A DNA stretch of 64,000 nt, from positions 234,383-298,382 of the forward strand of contig OY762463.1 in the NCBI GenBank assembly GCA_963665815.1. The letters are read 5' to 3'. A model generated the notes under the pieces. The model did not search any database, was not told the origin of the DNA, and saw only the letters and a program-made list of their open reading frames with translations. The DNA is from Candidatus Cloacimonadales bacterium (lineage in GTDB: Bacteria; Cloacimonadota; Cloacimonadia; Cloacimonadales; JAIOQZ01). A program made the translations under genes and the position numbers. Positions 1 through 8,706 of this stretch are shown here, piece by piece. The stretch's first letter is position 1; each line of letters starts with the position of its first letter.

Positions 1-4
1 TTTA

Positions 5-1312
5 ATGTTCTACAAAAAAGCTGCTGAAATTGATAATAGAATAGGGGAGATGAAGAACTATTGCACTAATATAAGTAATATTGCTGTTATCAAAATTATC
101 CAGGGAAATTATGCTGAAGCTCTTGAGTCCTTGAATTCCTGTATTCCTATTGAAAAGGAACTTGGTAATTATGAAAATCTAAGCTCAACATATAACAACA
201 TTGGAAATGTCTATAATAAGCTTAATGATAATGAAAGAGCTCTGAAGTATTATCTCAAAGCATTAAGTATCAGGGAAGAACATAATCTGGAGAGGCTGCT
301 TTTGTCATCTTATGCAAACATTGGAGCTTTGCTGCGTACAAGCTATGAGTCCGAACGTGCGAACATGTATATCGAAAAGGGAATTGAGCTTTGTGATAAA
401 CTTGGTCAATTTCATCAAAAACCTTTCCTGCTCAATCAGAGAGCACTGATTCTTGCCTCCAGTGGTGAACTGGATACTGCCCTTGAAATTTTGAATCAAT
501 CTGTTGAACTTAATAAACAGAATGGTAATAAAGAAGGACTGGCAGTTGCATATGAGCATATTGCAGAAATTTATAGTGATTTCCAATGCTACAAAGAATC
601 ACTTGATGCTCATAATAACTCTTTCAGATATACCAGAGAGCTTAAAATGATGGACTATCTGATCAAAGGTCTGGTTAGAGCGGCAAATTCTTATTTAAAG
701 ATTCATGAAGTTGAAAAAGCTGAAGAGATGTTAGCAGAAGCTGAGGAATATCTCAAGAATTACGAAGATGATAATTTAAAATCAGATTTGAACAAGATTA
801 AAGCAAAGTACTATGCTGAGCGGGGTGACTATAAGAAAGCATTTGAATGTTCTGACAGAAATTCGGATCTTGAAGCAAAAATAAGAGATAACGCCCTTAA
901 GCAGAGAGCTCAAGAGCTTGAAATAATATATGCAGTAGAAAGAAAAGAAACGGAAAATGAGATTCTTCAACATAATAATACTGAACTCTCAGAAAAGAAT
1001 TTAAGACTTGAGGAGCTGAACAGAGAATTGCTCGAAACTCAGAAGTCACTTCAGGAGAAGGAACGCAAAGTTGCTGTACTGGCAATGGCAGCAACAGCGA
1101 ATCATGAGATAAACCAACCATTAATGATAATAAAAGGCTCACTGGAATTGCTGGAAATGGAACTCGGAAAAGTTTCGCCTAAGGGAAGCAGACACTTCAA
1201 ACATATCTCTGAGTCGGTAGATCGGATACAAAGAATTCTAAATACATATAAAACTGTAAATAATGTAGAATATGAGGATTATGTCGAAGATAATCCAATG
1301 GTTTCAATATAA
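5..1312 (+). CDS. TPR-repeat protein with coiled coil and C-terminal HisKA (H-box) domain, no HATPase; probably 5'-partial
   Basis: TPR motifs (STYNNIGNVY...ALKYYLKAL); H-box ATANHEINQPL near the C-terminus; frame is open to the window edge (codon 2-4 is TTA). Confidence 0.8.
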   Translation: MFYKKAAEIDNRIGEMKNYCTNISNIAVIKIIQGNYAEALESLNSCIPIEKELGNYENLSSTYNNIGNVYNKLNDNERALKYYLKALSIREEHNLERLLLSSYANIGALLRTSYESERANMYIEKGIELCDKLGQFHQKPFLLNQRALILASSGELDTALEILNQSVELNKQNGNKEGLAVAYEHIAEIYSDFQCYKESLDAHNNSFRYTRELKMMDYLIKGLVRAANSYLKIHEVEKAEEMLAEAEEYLKNYEDDNLKSDLNKIKAKYYAERGDYKKAFECSDRNSDLEAKIRDNALKQRAQELEIIYAVERKETENEILQHNNTELSEKNLRLEELNRELLETQKSLQEKERKVAVLAMAATANHEINQPLMIIKGSLELLEMELGKVSPKGSRHFKHISESVDRIQRILNTYKTVNNVEYEDYVEDNPMVSI

Positions 1313-1321
1313 GCAGGTGTT

Positions 1322-1780
1322 GTGATGCTTAAAGATATAGCATACAAATTGGAAAATGATAAAGCTTCCTTGATAAAAGAATTAACTGAGATTCTTGAAC
1401 TCCCAGTCGTAAAAGTCATGTATCACTTGGAAGAAGAACCGATTCGTCATTTTCTCGAGTTTTATATAAATGATTTCGGCGGTTTAGGCAGAATTGAGTA
1501 TGCAGAATACAACAGACTGGAAGCTCAAGAAGATGCTGTTTCAAGATCAACAATCTGGCGAGTTGATACCTGGAGTAACTTTATCGAAGAAAATTCAGAG
1601 TTTTTCAGAGATTTGATAATGATGGAAATTGGTATCAATGAATTTACAATGAGAGCAGACAATATGTATAAGCTTTCTTGCTGGAAAAAACAGGAAGACG
1701 GTGTTATCCGGCAAAAAGAACTGATTGCTGAAATTGATTTGAGATTTATAAACAGTTCCTGGCGAGTTCGAACTGAGTAA
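1322..1780 (+). CDS. hypothetical protein
   Basis: 152-aa ORF directly after the upstream gene, AGGT RBS-like sequence; no family recognised. Confidence 0.65.
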   Translation: MMLKDIAYKLENDKASLIKELTEILELPVVKVMYHLEEEPIRHFLEFYINDFGGLGRIEYAEYNRLEAQEDAVSRSTIWRVDTWSNFIEENSEFFRDLIMMEIGINEFTMRADNMYKLSCWKKQEDGVIRQKELIAEIDLRFINSSWRVRTE

Positions 1781-1879
1781 TGAATGAATTTTCAGTGAAT
1801 ATAATGAGGAATTACGAAATAAAAATCTTGACTATACTGTAAAGAAATAAGTTAGTGTCATTCAGTAAAGAGGCTTAAA

Positions 1880-2173
1880 ATGAAAAAATGTCCAATATGT
1901 CATCAGCATACTCTATTGAATGAGTTAACTACTGATACCAGAAAAAGAGAAATCAGGGGGATATGTCTTAATTGTGGAAGGTTTAGTATAACTGAATCTT
2001 TTATGGATGATGCCAGAGATGCAGGCGTATATAATTCCAGTATTTCTTTGATTACTAAAAGAGAATCTATAAACAGCAATGACGCTACAAGAATCTCTTC
2101 TCTTTCTGATTTCAGGAAGCTTGCAGAAAAATACAAAATAAAAATTGCTTACAGGTGCAGACCGGAACTCTAA
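1880..2173 (+). CDS. small zinc-ribbon protein
   Basis: CPIC...CLNCG motifs; GAGG RBS; TTGACT upstream. Confidence 0.65.
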   Translation: MKKCPICHQHTLLNELTTDTRKREIRGICLNCGRFSITESFMDDARDAGVYNSSISLITKRESINSNDATRISSLSDFRKLAEKYKIKIAYRCRPEL

Positions 2174-3429
2174 CACTGTTTTACGTGAAAATCTAACTCT
2201 TCAAGCTTGTCAAAAAAATCCGGAAAGGATTTTTTAACTGATTCTGTTTCTGACAGTCTCAGAAATGGGAAAACACTCTTCAATATTGAGAAAGACATAA
2301 CAACTCTGTGATCTTCATAAGTGTCTATTACGACAGGTAATGGATTCATTTTTAATGGATGAATAACAATGCTGTTATCTTTTAAAGCGTATAACACACC
2401 AATCTTAGTGAAATTATCTATCATTGCTTTTATTCTATCTGTTTCTTTATATCTTAAATGATTTATCCCGGATATTACTGTGGGTGAATCAGCAAAAAGA
2501 GCGAGAATAGCAAGAGTGAGAACCTGGTCAGGCATTGTACTCATATCTGCATTGATACCATGAAGTTCATTCTTTCTGACGCTTGCATATTTTGAAATCA
2601 AATTTACTTCTGCCCCCATTTTTTTTAGAATGGAGAAGAATCCTGTATCCGCCTGATCGAAATCAATATCCTTTATCTCAATACCGGTTTGGCTTAATGC
2701 TCCCAATGCACCAAAGTAACAGGCCGAGGACATGTCACCGGGAATAAAAATTTCTTTAGGGAATTTGTATTCCTGACTACATCTGATTTTTATTTTATCA
2801 TCGGATTTATCAACAGCAATACCGTTTTCTTCCATTAAACTGATAGTTAAATCAATATATTTCATACTCACTTGCTTTGGATGTAACATCACTTCTGTGT
2901 CTTCAGAAAAATAAGGAGCTGAAAGCAGAATACTACTTAAATACTGACTGCTGACATCAGGGCTGATATCAACAATTCCACCATTAAGCCTTGTCCCGGT
3001 TATTTTAACTGAATCTTTATGAGGTGTGACATCCCCCTTCATGTTATTAATCGCCTGATAAAGTAAATCCGTTGGTCTCAAAGCAAGTTGATCTGATACT
3101 TTAATTTTTGTAAGTAGCCTTGGATAGTTTGCGAGTCTTGTCAGGAGGAATCGATATGCAGAAGCCGAATTTTTTATGTATAATTCAATATTCTCAGAAA
3201 TTTGTCCATTATAGTTAATTATCACATTCGAATCATTATGTGTGAAAGTATATCCCAGTTTCTTCATTGTATTCTCAAATGTTTTGATATCTTCAGCTCT
3301 TGAGTAGTTCTTAAGTTTAACAGATGTATGAGAATAAGAGATCATTGTCAGTAATCTCTGGATTACAGATTTTGATCCCGGGAAGAGGATACTTTTCTGT
3401 TTATTTGTAAGTAATATTGATTTATACAT
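2170..3429 (-). CDS. aroA: 3-phosphoshikimate 1-carboxyvinyltransferase (EPSP synthase)
   Basis: PGSKS, SSQYLSS, LRYKETDRI, DHRVVMSF and KSFPDFF motifs. Confidence 0.95.
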   Translation of the reverse strand: MYKSILLTNKQKSILFPGSKSVIQRLLTMISYSHTSVKLKNYSRAEDIKTFENTMKKLGYTFTHNDSNVIINYNGQISENIELYIKNSASAYRFLLTRLANYPRLLTKIKVSDQLALRPTDLLYQAINNMKGDVTPHKDSVKITGTRLNGGIVDISPDVSSQYLSSILLSAPYFSEDTEVMLHPKQVSMKYIDLTISLMEENGIAVDKSDDKIKIRCSQEYKFPKEIFIPGDMSSACYFGALGALSQTGIEIKDIDFDQADTGFFSILKKMGAEVNLISKYASVRKNELHGINADMSTMPDQVLTLAILALFADSPTVISGINHLRYKETDRIKAMIDNFTKIGVLYALKDNSIVIHPLKMNPLPVVIDTYEDHRVVMSFSILKSVFPFLRLSETESVKKSFPDFFDKLEELDFHVKQC

Positions 3430-3515
3430 GCAAACCTCATTAATTTGCTTTACATACTACAAACATGTGCTATCTCTTGACAAGATAAATTTATCTTTAT
3501 GTGAAAAGGATTTAT

Positions 3516-6368
3516 ATGGAAGCTATTGAAAAAATCTTTGATATAATGAGATACGGTGTAGAAGATTATCATACTCTCATGCAGAGAAAAGTCAACAGGG
3601 TACTAATGGTTTCATCTGTTTATGATGCTTTTACTTTTGAAAAGGATGGAAAGCTATCTGATCGGTTATATGGTGAATACAGAAAACTTGATTTATCCTC
3701 CAATCCGGAGTTTGTTAATGTGTCTACTGCAGATCAGGCTCTGGAAGCTATTCGATATGAAAACTTCGATCTGGTCATAACGCTCCTCAGAATAGGTGAA
3801 ATGTCAGTCTTTGATTTCTCGAAGAAAGTAAAACATATTGCACCGGATCTCGGCTTAGTTCTTCTTCTTAATATACCATCTGATATTTCTATTGTTGAGA
3901 GAAACAGGAATCAGATGAGTGCCATAGACGAAGTTTACCTCTGGAATGGAGATATAAATCTATTTCTGGCGATTATTAAGCAGGTTGAAGATAAACTAAA
4001 CTATGAGAATGATATACTTAAATGCGATATCCCTTTGATTCTGCTTGTAGAGGACAGTATTGCATATTACTCAAAATTTCTCCCTCTTTTGTATTCGGAG
4101 ATTATGCAGCAGACACAGCGTCTGATTAAAAGCGAACTTGATGATTTGCAAAAAAGATACCACATGAAAGCTAGAGCAAAAGTATTGATGGTACATAATT
4201 ATGAGGATGCTGTTTTCTTTTTTAAGAAATACAGAAAACAATTATACTTAGTAATTTCTGATGTCAGGTACCCGATGTCGGGTGAATTATGTAAAGACGC
4301 AGGTTTGCAGCTCATCAGATTAGTAAAGGAATACGGTACGGATATTCCCTGTATTCTGCAATCATCAGAAGAACATAACAGAGAACTTGCTACAGAAATG
4401 TCTGTTTCTTTCCTCAATAAACATTCACATACTCTGCTGAAAGATCTACGGTTTGTGCTTGTCGAATTCCTCGGCTATGGAGAATTTGTTTTCAGGGATA
4501 AATACGGGAATGAATGCAGAAGAGCAGAAACTATAAGCGACTTCATAAGCAGTTTACATGATGTCAATAATGAGTGCATTAAGTACCACGCTGAACGTAA
4601 TCATTTTTCAAGGTGGTTTACTGCTCACGGTTTTTTACAGATGGCTCAGGATTTGAAAAAGAAGAAATTATCTGATTTTTCGTGTGTTGAAGATGTTAAA
4701 AAATATCTCAAAGAAATATACTATCACGTTTACAGAAGTAAGTTTCAGGGCAAAGTAATTCAGTATGATAAAAGGAATATAGGTAAGAAGAATCAGATAA
4801 TGCTCCTGAGTGAAGGATCCTTTGGTGGAAAAGGGCGTGGAATTACTTTCCTTAATGCATTGGCATCGGCAGTTAAAAGAAAATCGAATATTCATGATTT
4901 TGATGTTGTTATACCATCGACATACATAATTGGGACTGATGAAATGCTGGAATTTATTCAGAAAAACGGTTATCCGGATATGGAGAACGATGAAGAGCGT
5001 GAGGAACTCTTCATGAACGGTACTTTTTCTGATGTGTTAAATGAAAGACTGTTTGAAATTGCAGAAAGAACTCATTCTCCTTTAGTTGTAAGATCTTCCG
5101 GGCTGCTCGAAGATACATTGTCAATTCCTGTAGCCGGACTTTACGAAACAGTTTTTGTAAGTAACTCAGATAAAGATGTTAATTTTAGGTTCAACGAACT
5201 TAAAAAGGCAGTCAGAAAAGTATATTCATCCCTGTATAAAAAAGAAGTTCAGGATTTTCTCAGATCTGTTAACTATTTGATGCAGAATGAAAAAATGGCT
5301 GTCATTATACAGGAAGTTGCCGGTCATAAGAAAATCGGTTACTTTTATCCTGATGTATCAGGGATTGTGAGATCTCCTTTTTTTGAGCAGACTCAAACAC
5401 CATCAGTATCACTATGTCTCGGACTGGGAACGGCATTAGAGGAGCAGCAGACTTTTTACTCTTGTGTATCTGATTCCGGAAGACCGGATAGCTGTAGACT
5501 TCCATATTCAAAACATATTTCCGGGAGACAAGAACTTGTTAGTTTGATTAACCTTCCTGAACACAAGATTGAGAATGTAGACATCGATGTTTTCAACGAA
5601 AGAAATGAAACAACTGGATTTAACAACGATCTTGAGTCTGTTTATAATCGTTTCGAAAAAGTCTATGATGATCTAATAAATGTTTTAACTTTATACACAG
5701 GTTTGATTGAGAATTTTCTTCAGACTTCAGTTGAAATTGAGTTTTCTTTTGATCTGGCTAAAAAGGAAGGAGCTCGAAACAAAATTTATCTTTTACAGGT
5801 TAAGCCGTTCAGCAGAGATCAGTATCAGCTAAACGATTTCAGTTTGTTAAACAAGACTTATAAGCCTGATATTCTTATCACAAATTGTTATGGTCACGGA
5901 ATTATTGATTCAATAAAGACGATAATTATTCATAAGGTTATTCCTGAAAACGATCTTGAGGCGGGATATATTGCCAGTGAACTCAATGAATTAAACAGTA
6001 AAATGAAAAAAATGGATAGAGAATATGTTCTGATAGGTAAAGGGAAATGGGGAGGACGTGTAGCGACCAAAAGCATTCCTGTAAATGCAATGAATATCAG
6101 TCATGCAAGAATATTTATCAATATTCTGGACATTGTGGACGAATCATTTTATTTCACTCATTTTTTCTTTAACCTTAATGTTATGGATACTGTTTATATG
6201 CAGACAATATCTAACCCTCATCAAGACTACATTAACTTAGAAAAAGTAAAAGAAAAATCTGAAACAGAAGCACATGAGTATTTCGATATAATAGAATTAA
6301 AAGCAGATTCAAAAATCATTATGAATGGAAGGAAAAACACTTTTAAGTTCTACACTGATTTCAGGTAG
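3516..6368 (+). CDS. receiver-domain-modulated PEP/pyruvate-binding (PPDK_N ATP-grasp-like) protein
   Basis: Two REC-like N-terminal domains; GSFGGKGRG, PLVVRSSGLLED, AGLYET, EKMAVIIQEV and YLLQVKP motifs; ATG 3516 follows AAGGA. Confidence 0.85.
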   Translation: MEAIEKIFDIMRYGVEDYHTLMQRKVNRVLMVSSVYDAFTFEKDGKLSDRLYGEYRKLDLSSNPEFVNVSTADQALEAIRYENFDLVITLLRIGEMSVFDFSKKVKHIAPDLGLVLLLNIPSDISIVERNRNQMSAIDEVYLWNGDINLFLAIIKQVEDKLNYENDILKCDIPLILLVEDSIAYYSKFLPLLYSEIMQQTQRLIKSELDDLQKRYHMKARAKVLMVHNYEDAVFFFKKYRKQLYLVISDVRYPMSGELCKDAGLQLIRLVKEYGTDIPCILQSSEEHNRELATEMSVSFLNKHSHTLLKDLRFVLVEFLGYGEFVFRDKYGNECRRAETISDFISSLHDVNNECIKYHAERNHFSRWFTAHGFLQMAQDLKKKKLSDFSCVEDVKKYLKEIYYHVYRSKFQGKVIQYDKRNIGKKNQIMLLSEGSFGGKGRGITFLNALASAVKRKSNIHDFDVVIPSTYIIGTDEMLEFIQKNGYPDMENDEEREELFMNGTFSDVLNERLFEIAERTHSPLVVRSSGLLEDTLSIPVAGLYETVFVSNSDKDVNFRFNELKKAVRKVYSSLYKKEVQDFLRSVNYLMQNEKMAVIIQEVAGHKKIGYFYPDVSGIVRSPFFEQTQTPSVSLCLGLGTALEEQQTFYSCVSDSGRPDSCRLPYSKHISGRQELVSLINLPEHKIENVDIDVFNERNETTGFNNDLESVYNRFEKVYDDLINVLTLYTGLIENFLQTSVEIEFSFDLAKKEGARNKIYLLQVKPFSRDQYQLNDFSLLNKTYKPDILITNCYGHGIIDSIKTIIIHKVIPENDLEAGYIASELNELNSKMKKMDREYVLIGKGKWGGRVATKSIPVNAMNISHARIFINILDIVDESFYFTHFFFNLNVMDTVYMQTISNPHQDYINLEKVKEKSETEAHEYFDIIELKADSKIIMNGRKNTFKFYTDFR

Positions 6369-8262
6369 CTGTTTCTCCTTCTTTCTTGATAAGTTTTGAT
6401 AATATCATGCTGAACTCTTCTTTTTGAAATGGTTTCTTTACTAATGAGAACTCTCCGATTTTTTTCATAAGTTTAACAGTCTGCTCATTAATGAATCCTG
6501 TAAGAATAATTACACTTTTTTCTTTATCCATTTCTCTTATGTATTTAAAGGCTTCTTTTCCGTCCATAACCGGCATTGTCATATCCAGAATTACAAGATC
6601 TATTAATTCTTTCTTTTGTTCAAAGGTATTTACCGCCTCTGCACCATTTTTTGTAAGAATCACATTATAACCGAGGTATTCAAGAATCTTCTGCAGCGTA
6701 ATTCTGACAATCTCCTCATCATCTGCAAGGAGAATTGTTCCCTGACCTTTTTGAGCTTCTAATGTACTTTCTTCTGAATCTCCAGAGCTGATGTGAATAG
6801 GCAGGAGAATTTTAAAAGTGGTTCCTACACCGGTTTCACTTTCTACATTTATTAAACCATTATGTTCTTTTATAATACCGTATGCTGCCGAGAGTCCCAA
6901 TCCTGTTCCTTCTCCTTCCTTTTTGGTTGTAAAGAAAGGCTCAAATATTTTTTTCAGGTTTTCAGGAAGTATACCGCAGCCATCGTCAGCAATTGAAAGC
7001 TCAATGTATTCTCCTGGTTGTATCAGTTCAGCAATCTCATTAACTTGAGCTTTAGTAAAATTTACATTTCTGGTGCAAAACTTCAATGTCCCGTCAATAT
7101 TCATTGCATGGCTGGCATTGATTCCCATATTAAGTATTACATTTTGTAATTGTGAACTGTCACAATGCAGCAGAGATGATTCAGCAGAGAAATCAGTAAA
7201 CACATTAATTTTCTTGTTAATACTTCTCTCAAGGATTGTTTTGGTCTCATTGACAAGACTGTGCAAGTCAATATCTTTTAACTCTTTTTTGCTCTTCCTG
7301 CTGAAAAACAACAGTTTTGATGTTAAATCAGCAGCTCTTAATGATGTATTGAATATAATATCCAGAAATTCTCTGGTATCCTCTTCAATGTCTCCATTAT
7401 CTCTGATAACTTCTACAGCTCCAATTATTCCGGTTAGCAGATTATTGAAATCATGAGCAATTCCTCCGGAAAGCTGCCCAAGAGATTCCATTTTTCTGGC
7501 ATGTCTCAGCTCGTTCTCGATGTTTATCTTTTCTGTAATATCCTCGGACATGAGAATAAAGCCGTTTATACCTCTTTTATTGTGTACAGGAAATGATCGA
7601 ATCAGCTTTGTAACTTCTTCATTGCCACTTTTCCTGTGGACTATTTCTTCATGTGGTTCACCATCTGTAAGTGTAAGTATTCCGGGACAATTATCGCAAA
7701 CACAGTCCTGAGAATTACCAAAGAAATAATAACACTTTCTTCCAATGAAATAGGATTCTTCGCATCTATAATTGTTTTGGAGCTCTGAATTTACCATCTG
7801 AATAGTGAAGTATGAATCAACATAGAACAGCTCAAAACTGATGCTATCGAATAAATTTCTGTGCATGTTCTGGATTCTTTTTAACTCATCATCTCTGCTA
7901 ATGTCATTTACAATACGCATAACCACTTCAGGCAATAAATCCAGAAAATTAGAGTCTTTGACGATATAGTCTCTTGCTCCAAGTTTCATCATTTCTACAG
8001 CAATCTTCTCGTCACCTCTTCCTGTGGCTACAAGAAAAGGGGGAATCATTATACGGTTACTCCGTAACTCGGTTATCAACTCTTTGCCATTCATGTCAGG
8101 AAGACTGTAGTCCAGAATCAACAGATCCGGAGTTATATCATCCAGCTTTTCTATAACTTCACCTGCGTTGTACATATTGACAACTTTATGCCCTTTGTTT
8201 TCAAGAATATCCTTCTGAAGGAATCCTAATCCTATATCATCTTCAATAACTGCAATTTTCAT
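6361..8262 (-). CDS. hybrid sensor histidine kinase (REC-PAS-HisKA-HATPase-REC)
   Basis: GGIAHDFNNLL H-box; FEPFFTTK and GTGLGL boxes; N- and C-terminal receivers. Confidence 0.95.
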   Translation of the reverse strand: MKIAVIEDDIGLGFLQKDILENKGHKVVNMYNAGEVIEKLDDITPDLLILDYSLPDMNGKELITELRSNRIMIPPFLVATGRGDEKIAVEMMKLGARDYIVKDSNFLDLLPEVVMRIVNDISRDDELKRIQNMHRNLFDSISFELFYVDSYFTIQMVNSELQNNYRCEESYFIGRKCYYFFGNSQDCVCDNCPGILTLTDGEPHEEIVHRKSGNEEVTKLIRSFPVHNKRGINGFILMSEDITEKINIENELRHARKMESLGQLSGGIAHDFNNLLTGIIGAVEVIRDNGDIEEDTREFLDIIFNTSLRAADLTSKLLFFSRKSKKELKDIDLHSLVNETKTILERSINKKINVFTDFSAESSLLHCDSSQLQNVILNMGINASHAMNIDGTLKFCTRNVNFTKAQVNEIAELIQPGEYIELSIADDGCGILPENLKKIFEPFFTTKKEGEGTGLGLSAAYGIIKEHNGLINVESETGVGTTFKILLPIHISSGDSEESTLEAQKGQGTILLADDEEIVRITLQKILEYLGYNVILTKNGAEAVNTFEQKKELIDLVILDMTMPVMDGKEAFKYIREMDKEKSVIILTGFINEQTVKLMKKIGEFSLVKKPFQKEEFSMILSKLIKKEGETAT

Positions 8263-8274
8263 AATTAGTCCCGA

Positions 8275-8694
8275 TTATATTTTTATAACTTGTATAAATA
8301 GTCCAAGTCTGCTCAAGGTGTTAACAAATTCAGTGAAATCAATTGGTTTAGTAATGTAGCAACTGCATCCAAGTTCATAACAGTTTTTGATTTCTCGTGG
8401 GTCATCTGTTGTAGTAAGTATCATCACCGGAATCTTTTTTAAATCTTTATCTTGCTTCATGTTTTCCAGAACCTCAATCCCTGACATTCTCGGCATATTA
8501 ATATCAAGAAGCACAAGAGGGTGATTGTTTACAGCGTTGGTTCCTTTTTGGGTTTCATTGAGAAATTCCCAAAGAGATTTACCATCTTCAAATCTGGTTA
8601 TCGTATTATAAATACCGGCTCTTTGCAGGGTTTCTCTGATCAGGAGAGCATGTCCATCGTCATCTTCTGCAATAAGTATTTCCAGTTTGTTCAT
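8275..8694 (-). CDS. single-domain response regulator (Rcp1-like)
   Basis: AEDD, LLDINMPRMSG and CYITKP motifs. Confidence 0.95.
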   Translation of the reverse strand: MNKLEILIAEDDDGHALLIRETLQRAGIYNTITRFEDGKSLWEFLNETQKGTNAVNNHPLVLLDINMPRMSGIEVLENMKQDKDLKKIPVMILTTTDDPREIKNCYELGCSCYITKPIDFTEFVNTLSRLGLFIQVIKI

Positions 8695-8706
8695 CTTTTA
8701 TTTCCT

